The position numbers and the translations under genes are program-made. The notes beneath the pieces were generated by a model, which worked only from the letters and a program-made list of their open reading frames with translations, was not told where the DNA came from and searched no databases. From an uncultured bacterium (GTDB lineage: Bacteria > Cyanobacteriota > Vampirovibrionia > Gastranaerophilales > Gastranaerophilaceae), in assembly GCA_902791985.1 (NCBI GenBank), contig CADAYD010000005.1, forward strand, positions 50,454 to 114,453: 64,000 nucleotides of DNA, read 5' to 3'. Shown here one piece after another: positions 1 to 9,420 of the stretch. Positions within the stretch are counted from its first letter, which is position 1. The number at the start of each line of letters is the position of its first letter.

Positions 1-178
1 TTGCACGTTCTTTGTGGATACAACATCTGAACTGGTTTTCACTTCCTTGAGGACGCATTTGATAAGGTATCATTCGCACATCTTGCGCATAGTTTTCACC
101 CACAAACGCACGAACAAGGCGTACAAGTATCTCACGCTTGAGGTGCGAAGTTTGTTTATTAGGGGTGTTTATGCTCAT
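1..178 (-). CDS. 5' end (N-terminal 59 aa) of an [FeFe]-hydrogenase-like Fe-S protein; the gene runs off the left edge of the window
   Basis: My own minus-strand translation from the ATG at 178-176 gives MSINTPNKQTSHLKREILVRLVRAFVGENYAQDVRMIPYQMRPQGSENQFRCCIHKERA. This is colinear with the N-terminus of the 491-aa ORF at 50416..51891 (LKKEILVRIIKAFF..RLIPYDMRPKG..YRCCVYKERA). It is absent from the ORF track because it is cut by the window edge. Confidence 0.6.
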   Translation of the reverse strand, partial: MSINTPNKQTSHLKREILVRLVRAFVGENYAQDVRMIPYQMRPQGSENQFRCCIHKERA

Positions 179-254
179 ATATCAATCCTTATTAACTATT
201 CTAATTACCTTTTATTATCTCACGAAAAAATTTTTTTACAAATTCTATTAAGAT

Positions 255-283
255 AAAAAGCCATACATATTGTATGGCTTTTT
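255..283 (-). terminator. Rho-independent terminator downstream of the lytic transglycosylase gene
   Basis: AAAAAGCCATACA-TAT-TGTATGGCTTTTT is a perfect stem flanked by A/T runs, just past the stop codon at 305. Confidence 0.6.
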
Positions 284-304
284 AATTAATTCATCATATG
301 ATTT

Positions 305-985
305 CTAAATTTCTGTATCTGTAGATTTAAAGATATCGCTTTGTCCGACACTTACTGTATTGTCAGTTGGAACCGGCGCTTTTTTAGTTCCTGCCGGAGT
401 AGTTGCAACAATCTGTTGGCTCATACTGATTTCAGGCAGTTTAGGCTGTGTTTTAGCTTCTTCGGCTTTTGCTTGCGCTTGTCGTTTTGCTTTTTGTTCT
501 TTATTATAAGCAACAACTGCCGGATCTGTGTGCGCTTTCAGATAGTAATAGTCTGACATAATTTGGCTTACGAATCTTTTGGTTTCTTTGTACGGAGGAA
601 CCGCATTATATTTTTTTACGTTTGCAGGTCCTGCGTTGTATGCTGCAACAGCCAATTCTATGGAACCAAACATTTTGTACATTGATTTGTAGTACATAAT
701 CCCTGCTTTGATGTTATCATCAAGCGAATATGGATTTAAACCCATTCTTCTTGCTGTTGACGGTAATAGTTGAAATACTCCGACAGCCCCGTAAGGACTT
801 TTTAATTCGTGTTTGAAGCCGGATTCCGCTTTCGCAATACTGAGTGTAATTGCGGGATCAACGCCCATTTCGACAGAATACTTCACTATTGCCGCTTTTA
901 CTGTATCTACGTTGGCTGCCTGTACTTGAGTGAATAACATTAGAACCAATGCCACAGTAAAGAGTAATAATTTTTTTAAAGTCAA
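305..985 (-). CDS. Secreted lytic murein transglycosylase (SLT domain)
   Basis: N-terminal signal peptide (LLLFTVALVLMLFTQVQA). SLT motifs AESGF, GVFQLLPSTA and AAYNAGPANV are present. Confidence 0.85.
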   Translation of the reverse strand: MTLKKLLLFTVALVLMLFTQVQAANVDTVKAAIVKYSVEMGVDPAITLSIAKAESGFKHELKSPYGAVGVFQLLPSTARRMGLNPYSLDDNIKAGIMYYKSMYKMFGSIELAVAAYNAGPANVKKYNAVPPYKETKRFVSQIMSDYYYLKAHTDPAVVAYNKEQKAKRQAQAKAEEAKTQPKLPEISMSQQIVATTPAGTKKAPVPTDNTVSVGQSDIFKSTDTEI

Positions 986-1231
986 AATAAAATCCTCAAA
1001 GTTGTAAATTGAAAATTCGCAAAAAAGCTACTTTTTGTGTCTAAATTAATAAACTTTTCGCTCTTTTTTGAATGTGTTTATGTGTTCATTATATTACAAA
1101 AAATTAAAATTTCAAGCTTGTTAAGGAAATTTAAATTTTACATATGGCGTAAACGCTTTAATAACAATCGTTTTGAGATATGAAATTAGTGTAAAAAATA
1201 CAATAATTTTGTCAAATATTTGAAATCTGAA

Positions 1232-3628
1232 TTATTTTGTTTTCAATTTTTCTTTTAATTTATATTTTTTATTTCCTGTGTCATAAGTAAAAATATTGTA
1301 TAACTCTCCGTCAGATGAAATTTTTATGGAATTTAGCAGGTCTGTGCGATAAATTTTTGTATATCGAAGAATATCAAGAGTCCCTTTATTTGGATGCCCG
1401 AAAGAATTGATTCCGGTAGAAATTAGAGAAACTTCATTATTCAAGTGTTTTGTTATATCACTGCTTACAACATTTGGGCCGCCGTGGTGTCCGACTTTAA
1501 GGATTTCAACATTGTGCGGAATATCTTTTTTTATTTGTTCAAATGCTTTAATTCCTGCATCTCCCATAAAAAGCATATCAAAATTTTTATATGTAAGCAG
1601 CGTAATAATTGAGTTCTCGTTGCTTTCATCTTTACCTTTTATCTTTGCCATGTAGGTATGGATTTTTAAATCCGGCTCTTCATATATAAGGTTATTATTT
1701 TGTGCGATTATCCATTTTTGGTTTAATTTTTTAGAATTTTTAAAAATATTTTTTGCGGTATCAGTATTTGCTTCTGTGGAGTTAAGATAAAGTGTTTTTA
1801 CATTTGTATTTTTAATTATATCTGAAGTTCCTCCTGCGTGGTCGTTATCAAAATGGGTGACAATCAAACCTTCTATATCCTTTATTCCTTTGTCTTTAAG
1901 ATATTTAAGCATTATAATCTTGGCCTGAGTATTTCCGCTGTTATATGGTGCTTTACCCGTATCAATCATAAAGTATTTATTTTGTGGAGTTTTAATCAGA
2001 AAACTATCAGCATTTTGAACATCAAATGCTATGATTTCCAAATCTTTGTTCGGAATACTTATTGTTGTAATAAATAGTAAACATGATATGCTTAAAAGTG
2101 TTATTGCTGCTTGCTTGTATTTGTTATATCTAATTAAGAAGGTTACAGAAAGAAGCATTAAATAGTATATTGAAATTTGAATAATATTAGGATGAGTTGT
2201 TTGTATAAGGCTGTGAGGGAGGTTGCCAAAGAAGTCCGAAATATAAACAAGTGCTGATATCAAATAGTTGTTAATAAAATCTGAACATGAGCAAATCATA
2301 TCAGCAATAGGTTTAATTGTTGCAAGTATAGAACTGATAAACCCTGTAAAACTGATGACCAGTATTAACACAGAAGATGTTATATTTGCAAAAACCGCAT
2401 AAAGACTGAACGTGTTGAAATAATACATTTGAATGGGTGCAACCCAAATTTGGGCAACTATAGGAATGAGTATTGCTGCAAAAACTTGATTAGGGATTTT
2501 ATCTGTTTTTTGCATAATGATATTTGCAGTAGTAAGAAGTCCAAAAGTTACGAGAAAAGAAAGTTGGAATCCGACATCATTTATGTATGCGGGATTATAC
2601 AGAAGCATTAAGACTGCTACAAATGAGAGTAGTGAAATGCTATGAGTGTCTCTGTTAATAAGTTTTCCCGCCAGTACAAATAAAAGCATCAATGCTGCTC
2701 TTACAACGGAAGCCCCAAGTCCGGTCATAAGCGTATAACCTACGACAAGAACCATTCCGGAAATAACACTCGGTTTGTAAGGAACTCTTAAAAAAGTCAT
2801 TATAAAAAACCAAAATGAAAATATAAAACCGACGTTCATTCCTGAAGCTGCAAGAATATGTAATAGACCGGAATTTATAAACGAGTTTTTAATATAATCC
2901 GGAGGTGCTACAGCATCATCTCCAAATACTATACCCCCAAGGATTTCAAGGTTGGGAGTTTTAAGATATTTGGAATGGGTTTTTAATACAGAATTTCTAA
3001 TGTTGTTCAGCTTATTTAAAAATTTCCACTTCGGGGTCATATTCTCGTCGAAAATAGTAAAATCGTTATCTTCAGAGTAAATAACAGTAAATACTCCAAA
3101 ATTTTTCAAATAAGAACTATAGTCAAATTGGGAAGGATTTGTGGATCTAAATGGTCTGCGCAGATTTCCTTTTATAGAAATTTTTTGTCCTATATTTAAT
3201 TTTGAAATTTTTTGTTCCTGAGCACTTAATGTGACAAGAGTTTTGCCAATCACCTGTTTGTTATTTATTTTCTCGACTTCAAAAAAGAATTTAGCTTTTC
3301 CTTTTTCAGTGCTGTTAGGTATACTTACTATTTGACCGTAGAAATCGGTATTTATTGGTGCAAGTCCTACTAATGAGTCTGAATTTTTAACTTTGACAAA
3401 TGTTATAAAAAATCCGAAATAAAAAACAAAAGCCAAAAGCAGTATGCGTTTTATTTCCAGAATCTTTAATATTAAAAACACTGAAAGGATTGTAGTTATA
3501 ATAATTGCGCAGGTTAATTCTTTTTGAGAAAAATAAGAAAGAATTCCTATCATAAAAAACAGTGATGTCACACACATCACGAAATTTTTATTTTGCAGAT
3601 AATCACTTATTTTATCTCTGTCAAACAT
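1232..3628 (-). CDS. comEC: DNA internalization competence protein ComEC/Rec2 with C-terminal metallo-beta-lactamase domain
   Basis: 798 aa with a polytopic membrane core. The C-terminal MBL motif VTHFDNDHAGG and a later GHHG are present. Confidence 0.9.
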   Translation of the reverse strand: MFDRDKISDYLQNKNFVMCVTSLFFMIGILSYFSQKELTCAIIITTILSVFLILKILEIKRILLLAFVFYFGFFITFVKVKNSDSLVGLAPINTDFYGQIVSIPNSTEKGKAKFFFEVEKINNKQVIGKTLVTLSAQEQKISKLNIGQKISIKGNLRRPFRSTNPSQFDYSSYLKNFGVFTVIYSEDNDFTIFDENMTPKWKFLNKLNNIRNSVLKTHSKYLKTPNLEILGGIVFGDDAVAPPDYIKNSFINSGLLHILAASGMNVGFIFSFWFFIMTFLRVPYKPSVISGMVLVVGYTLMTGLGASVVRAALMLLFVLAGKLINRDTHSISLLSFVAVLMLLYNPAYINDVGFQLSFLVTFGLLTTANIIMQKTDKIPNQVFAAILIPIVAQIWVAPIQMYYFNTFSLYAVFANITSSVLILVISFTGFISSILATIKPIADMICSCSDFINNYLISALVYISDFFGNLPHSLIQTTHPNIIQISIYYLMLLSVTFLIRYNKYKQAAITLLSISCLLFITTISIPNKDLEIIAFDVQNADSFLIKTPQNKYFMIDTGKAPYNSGNTQAKIIMLKYLKDKGIKDIEGLIVTHFDNDHAGGTSDIIKNTNVKTLYLNSTEANTDTAKNIFKNSKKLNQKWIIAQNNNLIYEEPDLKIHTYMAKIKGKDESNENSIITLLTYKNFDMLFMGDAGIKAFEQIKKDIPHNVEILKVGHHGGPNVVSSDITKHLNNEVSLISTGINSFGHPNKGTLDILRYTKIYRTDLLNSIKISSDGELYNIFTYDTGNKKYKLKEKLKTK

Positions 3629-3719
3629 AATTCCAATGAAAAAATGATATCATGAAATAATCTTGTACAAAATTAAAAAAAATGATATATTATATTTGTT
3701 AATTGGAAGAGGAGCAGCA

Positions 3720-4820
3720 ATGGAAGAAATTTTCAATATAGACGATTTTTTAAAGCAGGCAATTTCAGTTGGGGCTTCAGATATTCATTTGGAAGTTGGT
3801 GAACGTCCGGCGATAAGAGTTGCGGGTCAAATTATGAGGATAAATCTTCCTCCAATGACAGAAGATGATATAAGTGGTACCATACAAAATATTTCGCCTC
3901 AAAATTTGAGAGAAAAAATTACAAAATTTTATGATATAGATTTTTCTTATGAGGTTCCTCAGTATTCGAGATTCAGAGTTAATTTGAGTCACCATCTGGG
4001 TAAAAGTGCTATTGTTTTTAGGGTTATTCCTTATTATATAAAAACGCTGGAATCATTGAATTTACCAAAAACTATGGAAAGCTTCGCAGATTTTAATAAC
4101 GGGATTATTTTAATAACCGGTCCGACCGGTTCAGGTAAATCTACTACAATCGCATCTTTAATAGATCATATAAATGAAACATGTGCCAAGCACATTATTA
4201 CTATTGAGGATCCGGTTGAATTTATTTATACAAATAAGAAATCTATTGTTTCTCAACGTCAGATAATGATTGATACTCCTTCATTTACGGAAGGTATTAA
4301 GTATGCTCTTCGTCAAGATCCTGATGTGATATTTATAGGAGAAATAAGGGACAGAGAAACCTTAGAAGCGGCTTTGAATGCGGCAGAAACAGGGCACCTT
4401 GTAGTTTCAACAATTCATACAAATGATGCGATTCAAACAGTAAATAGGGTTGTAAACTTTTTTGAGCCTAATGAAAGGGAATATGTAAGGATGCAGTTGG
4501 CAAATACCTTGAGGGCAACAGTTGCCCAAAAGCTTGTCCCGACTGTTGACGGCGATACAAGACTTCCTGCTGCCGAGATACTTGTTGTTACCCCTCCTAT
4601 TACTGATTTTATAGTAAAAGGCGAACTTGATAGGGTATATGAACTTGTAAAGCAGGGTTCATTTAACAGTATGGTTACTATGAATATGTCTTTATACAAA
4701 TTGTATGAAGAAGGGAAAATTACAAAAGAAACGGCGCTTTACTATTCAGATTCAAAATCAGAACTTGAGCAGATGATTAGAGGCGTTTATCACGGAACAG
4801 GGGTTAATAACGATATTTAA
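3720..4820 (+). CDS. pilT: Type IV pilus retraction ATPase PilT (twitching motility protein)
   Basis: Walker A GPTGSGKSTT and the PilT-type core (IITIEDPVEF, IFIGEIRD, HLVVSTIHT). The ORF track starts at TTG 3663. I prefer ATG 3720, which is preceded by GGAAGAGGAG. Confidence 0.85.
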   Translation: MEEIFNIDDFLKQAISVGASDIHLEVGERPAIRVAGQIMRINLPPMTEDDISGTIQNISPQNLREKITKFYDIDFSYEVPQYSRFRVNLSHHLGKSAIVFRVIPYYIKTLESLNLPKTMESFADFNNGIILITGPTGSGKSTTIASLIDHINETCAKHIITIEDPVEFIYTNKKSIVSQRQIMIDTPSFTEGIKYALRQDPDVIFIGEIRDRETLEAALNAAETGHLVVSTIHTNDAIQTVNRVVNFFEPNEREYVRMQLANTLRATVAQKLVPTVDGDTRLPAAEILVVTPPITDFIVKGELDRVYELVKQGSFNSMVTMNMSLYKLYEEGKITKETALYYSDSKSELEQMIRGVYHGTGVNNDI

Positions 4821-4845
4821 CCTCCTTAGATAACTTGGGAAAAAG

Positions 4846-5616
4846 ATGCAAAACAGTTATGTTACTGATGCTATTAATCTAAAATCTTATAATCTTAGCG
4901 AATCAGACAAGATTGTTGTTATGTATTCAAAAGACAAAGGTTTGATAAAAGGGATAGCAAAGGGTGTAAAAAAAACAAAAAGTAAACTCGGGGCAAGGAT
5001 GGATTCTCTTGTTGCCAATACTGTAATGCTTCATAAAGGCAAAACGTTTAATACAATTTGTCAGGCTGAATGTTTGGATACTTTTAAGCAAACCAGAACG
5101 GATTTGGATAAAATATTTTATTCTATGTATGTCGCAGAAGTAGTTAATAATTTTGGCTTGGAAGATGATCCGTCATCGGAATCAGTTTATAATCTTCTCT
5201 ATAGTGCTTTGCATGCAATATCAAATGCTGGAAATAAGGTCGAAATAATGATTACGGCTATAAAATTTCAACTAAAAATGATGAAAGAGTCGGGTTTTTC
5301 TCTGGAATTTGACAGCTGCTTAAATTGTAGGCAGGATACGAATAATCAAACAGTTTATTTTGTTTCAGAGCTTGGTGGAATTATTTGTGGTAATTGCATT
5401 GAAAAAATTCCTTATCCCAAAAAGCAAATTCAACCAAAATTATGCGAATTTTTTAAACAAATGGCTAAAAATGATTTTGAAACCTCAGGAGAATTTGAAA
5501 AAAAAGCAAATGAAAAAGTTTGTATGGTTTCTTTTGGGCTTTTAAAAGAGTATATAGAAAAAAAGTGCCCTCGAAGAATTAAATCTTCTGAGATTTTATC
5601 AGAATTGTCTGCATAA
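4846..5616 (+). CDS. recO: DNA repair protein RecO
   Basis: The N-terminal OB-fold region matches the RecO pattern (YNLSESDKIVVMYSKDKGLIKGIAKG). A C-x2-C...C-x2-C zinc motif is present (CLNC..CGNC). Confidence 0.85.
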   Translation: MQNSYVTDAINLKSYNLSESDKIVVMYSKDKGLIKGIAKGVKKTKSKLGARMDSLVANTVMLHKGKTFNTICQAECLDTFKQTRTDLDKIFYSMYVAEVVNNFGLEDDPSSESVYNLLYSALHAISNAGNKVEIMITAIKFQLKMMKESGFSLEFDSCLNCRQDTNNQTVYFVSELGGIICGNCIEKIPYPKKQIQPKLCEFFKQMAKNDFETSGEFEKKANEKVCMVSFGLLKEYIEKKCPRRIKSSEILSELSA

Positions 5617-5637
5617 TTATTAAAATATTCTTAATAA

Positions 5638-5666
5638 TTGCTAAATAGGTGATATTTGTATATAAT
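5638..5666 (+). promoter_or_regulatory. Candidate sigma70-type promoter for dapA
   Basis: TTGCTA (5638-5643), a 17-nt spacer, then TATAAT (5661-5666), about 35 nt upstream of the dapA start. Confidence 0.45.
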
Positions 5667-5701
5667 AGTCTTGTAATATATTTAAAGACGAGGGAAAAAG
5701 G

Positions 5702-6607
5702 ATGACAAGATTTGATTGTGGCGAAGTTATTACGGCTATGGTTACCCCAATGGATGCAAAGGGGAAAATTGACTATGATAATGTCGAAAAACTTGCTAAA
5801 TATTTGATTGAAAACGGCAGTGATGCACTGCTTGTTGCAGGAACCACAGGGGAATCACCGACATTAACAAATGATGAAGAACGAGAATTAATCAGTACTG
5901 TTAAAAGAGCCGCACAGAATAAAGCTAGGATTATACTCAGTGCAGGTTCAAATTGTACTCAGACGGCAGTTGAATTCTCAAAAAATGCTACAAAAGAGGA
6001 GGCTGATGCAATTCTTTCCGTTGTTCCATATTATAATAAACCTAATCAGGTCGGACTTATTGAGCATTACAGCGAAATCGCAAAATCAACTGATTTGCCT
6101 ATAATTCTTTACAATATTCCTTCAAGAACAGGAATTAGTATGGAGCCTGCGACGGTTGCATATTTGGCATCAACATTTGAAAATATTGTCGGTATTAAAC
6201 AAAGTTTTGGTGATATGGATAAGGTTACTGAAATTCGAAGCCTTTGCCCCGACAGTTTTGCAATTTATTCAGGGGATGATTCGCTTACGCTGCCAATGCT
6301 TTCACTCGGCGCAAGAGGTGTTATTTCAGTTGCATCTCATTTGTTTGGCAAAGAGATAAAATCTATGATTAGAAACTTTAAATCAGGAGATGTTTTGGCT
6401 GCAAGAAATATGCATAAAAAGCTTTATCCTGTATTCAAACAGCTATTTATGGCTCCGAATCCTATTCCTATAAAGGCTGCTTTAAAATATAAAGAACTTA
6501 TTGAGGAATATGTCAGAAAACCGCTGGTTACTTTGAATGAGGATGAAAAAATTATTTTATTCAGGGTAATCGATCAAGTTAAGCAAGAGCTTGAAAACGG
6601 AGAGTAG
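5702..6607 (+). CDS. dapA: 4-hydroxy-tetrahydrodipicolinate synthase
   Basis: The GTTGESPTL motif, YNIPSRTG and overall DapA length. RBS GAGGGAAAAAGG lies upstream. Confidence 0.9.
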   Translation: MTRFDCGEVITAMVTPMDAKGKIDYDNVEKLAKYLIENGSDALLVAGTTGESPTLTNDEERELISTVKRAAQNKARIILSAGSNCTQTAVEFSKNATKEEADAILSVVPYYNKPNQVGLIEHYSEIAKSTDLPIILYNIPSRTGISMEPATVAYLASTFENIVGIKQSFGDMDKVTEIRSLCPDSFAIYSGDDSLTLPMLSLGARGVISVASHLFGKEIKSMIRNFKSGDVLAARNMHKKLYPVFKQLFMAPNPIPIKAALKYKELIEEYVRKPLVTLNEDEKIILFRVIDQVKQELENGE

Positions 6608-6748
6608 AATTATCACTCCTATACCTTTGGGTGAGGGTTGAATTTCTTGACATGCTCCGTGAGTTTTGAAGATTAGATTCCGAATTAAGTTCGGAATGAC
6701 AATATAAATACAAAAATAAATATAGTACACATATAAGAGGGTAGAAAA

Positions 6749-8101
6749 TTGAAAAACAAATTAATTATGTTTTGGCTGATTGTTGCAATAGTGATTGCAT
6801 CTGTGATTACGGTTTGCAAAATGCCTACAAAACTTGGTTTGGATTTGGTTGGAGGTTCAAGAATTGTACTTGAAGCGCAGACAACAAATTCCATCAGAAA
6901 AATTACTCCTGATACAATGAATCGTTTGCAAACTGCGATTGAAAAGCGTGTAAACAAGCTCGGTGTATCAGAAACAAGCGTTGCTCAAGTTGGCGACAAA
7001 AGATTATTAATCGAAATTCCTGGGGTTATGAACTCGAAAGAAGCTGAAAAAATATTAGGAAAAACTGCACAACTTGAATTCAAACAACCAGTTATGGCAG
7101 GAAATTTCCAAGCACGTGATCCTAAAACGCATGCACCTTTATGGGAAAGTGCTAAAACTGAAGAGGGTGAAACCTTAACCGGTGAAGATTTAAAAGATGC
7201 CAATATTGGCACAAATCAAGCCGGACAGTGGACGGTTTCGTTAGAATTTAATGCAAAAGGTGCACAAAAATTTGGGGAATTGACAGAAAAATGGGTTGGT
7301 AAACCTATGGCAATATATTTTGACGGAGATGAAATTTCAGCGCCAGTTATCAATGAGCCAATTTACGGCGGGAAAGCAGAAATTTCCGGCGGTGGTGAAT
7401 CAGGGTTCTCGCCTGAAGAAGCAAAAGAAATGGTTGATCTTTTAAAAGCAGGGGCTTTGCCTGTTCCGTCCGAAATTATTCAAGAAAACACTGTAGGGCC
7501 GACATTAGGGGCTGTTAGTATTGATAAATCAAAAACGGCAAGTATTATAGGCATAGGACTCGTTATGTTGTTTATGCTATTGATGTACAGGCTGCCTGGT
7601 GTTATTGCTGATATTGCTCTTGTAATATACGGGGTAATCTTATTTGCCTTATTTAAGGCTTTTGGTGTAGTTCTTACTCTTGCCGGTATTGCAGGTTTTG
7701 TTTTGAGTATAGGTATGGCTGTAGATGCTAACATTCTTATATTTGAACGTACAAAAGAAGAATTAAGAGCCGGAAGAAATCTCTTTACTGCGATAAATTC
7801 CGGTTTTGACAGAGCGTGGACAAGTATTATCGATTCCAATATGACAACACTTTTAACTTGTGTAATCTTGTATTTCTTAGGAACAAGTGTTGTTAAAGGT
7901 TTTGCGCTGACGCTGTTTATCGGTATTATTGTTTCATTGTTTACGGCAATTACCGTTACAAGAAACTTTATGCATTTGATATTCGGTACGGGCGAGCTCA
8001 AATATCCCGGCTTATTCGGTTTGAAGAAAGAAGAAATCGGGCAGGCTGCCGTATTTGAGGAAACCAAAAGAGAAAAAGCACGTTTTGGTATATTAGATTA
8101 A
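6749..8101 (+). CDS. secD: Protein translocase subunit SecD
   Basis: N-terminal TM segment, a large periplasmic domain, and the C-terminal 6-TM SecD/F core (GIAGFVLSIGMAVDANILIFER). TTG start with AAGAGGG RBS. Confidence 0.9.
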   Translation: MKNKLIMFWLIVAIVIASVITVCKMPTKLGLDLVGGSRIVLEAQTTNSIRKITPDTMNRLQTAIEKRVNKLGVSETSVAQVGDKRLLIEIPGVMNSKEAEKILGKTAQLEFKQPVMAGNFQARDPKTHAPLWESAKTEEGETLTGEDLKDANIGTNQAGQWTVSLEFNAKGAQKFGELTEKWVGKPMAIYFDGDEISAPVINEPIYGGKAEISGGGESGFSPEEAKEMVDLLKAGALPVPSEIIQENTVGPTLGAVSIDKSKTASIIGIGLVMLFMLLMYRLPGVIADIALVIYGVILFALFKAFGVVLTLAGIAGFVLSIGMAVDANILIFERTKEELRAGRNLFTAINSGFDRAWTSIIDSNMTTLLTCVILYFLGTSVVKGFALTLFIGIIVSLFTAITVTRNFMHLIFGTGELKYPGLFGLKKEEIGQAAVFEETKREKARFGILD

Positions 8102-8121
8102 TTGTAGGTTGGCTAATACAT

Positions 8122-9132
8122 ATGCTGACAAAGAATAAGAGGAAAATAATAATGTTTAATTTTAATAAAAACGGAATACATGTTGTCAAGTATAGAGCAC
8201 TATGGATGTGTTTATCCGCCATTTTGCTTATCCCGGGCATTATTGCGATGATTTATTCAATGATAAATTATCCGACACATTCACCGGTTAGAGTCGGGAT
8301 TGATTATACAGGCGGTTCTATATTGCAGTATGAAACGGCTGCGGAGGTTGACCATAAGGATGTAGGCACAATCCAAACCAATTTAACAAAAGCCGGTGTA
8401 CCAAGTGCTTATGTTCAAGTGTTAAAAGGCACTTCAAAGAATGAAAAAGATAATGAAACTTCAATGATTTCAGTCAGAACAAAGTTTATAGATGAAGGTT
8501 CGGATGTTGCTGATAAGATTACGGAAGTTATTAAAAAAGATTATAGCGATGCACAAATGGTTCAATTTACATCTGTTGGGCCAACTTTGAGTTCTGAGCT
8601 TTTCAGAATGTCATTTATTGCTTTATTAGCTGCTATAATTGGAATTATTGTGTATATTTCGTTCCGATTTGAGTTCAAGTATGCGGTATCTGCGATTTTG
8701 GGACTAATTCATGACGTATGTTTTGTTATGGGTGTTTTTTCACTCTTAGGTTTGTTCTTCAATGTCGAAGTTGACGGATTATTCCTTACCGCAATACTTA
8801 CGGTTATCGGTTATTCAGTTAACGACACAATTGTTACTTACGACCGTATAAGAGAAAATTTACGCTATAACGGTAAGAAAATGTCATTTGGTGAAATTGT
8901 AGATGCTTCTGTTGCGCAGACATTGACAAGAAGTATCAATACCTCAATGACAACATTTTTGGCTTTAAGCGCATTGTACTTCTTTGGCGGAGTGACGACG
9001 AAAGACTTTGTGTTGGCAATGATGCTCGGTGTCCTTATCGGTACATATTCAAGTATCTTCTTCTGCTCAATGCTTATTGATTTTTGGACAGAAAAGGCAA
9101 ATGCACCGAAAAAACCTGCAATTGCTGAGTAG
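8122..9132 (+). CDS. secF: Protein translocase subunit SecF
   Basis: SecF core motifs (DYTGG, TVIGYSVNDTIVTYDRIREN). An alternative start at ATG 8152 is preceded by AAGAGGA. Confidence 0.9.
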   Translation: MLTKNKRKIIMFNFNKNGIHVVKYRALWMCLSAILLIPGIIAMIYSMINYPTHSPVRVGIDYTGGSILQYETAAEVDHKDVGTIQTNLTKAGVPSAYVQVLKGTSKNEKDNETSMISVRTKFIDEGSDVADKITEVIKKDYSDAQMVQFTSVGPTLSSELFRMSFIALLAAIIGIIVYISFRFEFKYAVSAILGLIHDVCFVMGVFSLLGLFFNVEVDGLFLTAILTVIGYSVNDTIVTYDRIRENLRYNGKKMSFGEIVDASVAQTLTRSINTSMTTFLALSALYFFGGVTTKDFVLAMMLGVLIGTYSSIFFCSMLIDFWTEKANAPKKPAIAE

Positions 9133-9151
9133 GGGTAAAATTTTAATAATA

Positions 9152-9187
9152 AAAACAGGTTCGGTAGTTTTACCGAACCTGTTTTGT
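9152..9187. terminator. Bidirectional rho-independent terminator after secF
   Basis: AACAGGTTCGGTA-GTTT-TACCGAACCTGTT is a 13-bp perfect stem flanked by A-run and T-run. Confidence 0.7.
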
Positions 9188-9195
9188 GTAATATT

Positions 9196-9366
9196 TTAAG
9201 AACGTTCTTGTAATCTTTTATTTGCGACTACCAGCATTTGATCTCGTAATACTGCTTTTTGATTATCATTACTACAATCTGTGAGTGTCAAGTTATTTAT
9301 GTAAGATTGTAAATCTGTTTTGTTAAGTGATTCAATGTCTACGCTTTTCAGATTTTCGAAGGACAT
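9196..9366 (-). CDS. Small hypothetical protein (56 aa), immediately downstream of the coiled-coil gene
   Basis: My own translation gives MSFENLKSVDIESLNKTDLQSYINNLTLTDCSNDNQKAVLRDQMLVVANKRLQERS. It is below the ORF-track size cutoff and has a weak AAGGGA RBS. Confidence 0.3.
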   Translation of the reverse strand: MSFENLKSVDIESLNKTDLQSYINNLTLTDCSNDNQKAVLRDQMLVVANKRLQERS

Positions 9367-9420
9367 TGTTTCATATTTATTCCCTTGAGGAATGGCTGTC
9401 GTTCCCGGAGTCCCTGCTGT

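Noticed and set aside
14-256. 80-aa plus-strand ORF at the left edge.
   Set aside because: It is antisense to a much better supported minus-strand gene start (the hydrogenase-like paralog). It has no RBS and no recognisable motifs.
6677-6697. Hairpin ATTCCGAA-TTAAG-TTCGGAAT between dapA and secD as a terminator.
   Set aside because: It is an 8-bp stem without a following T-run, so it is too weak to call. It may be a minor attenuator or nothing.
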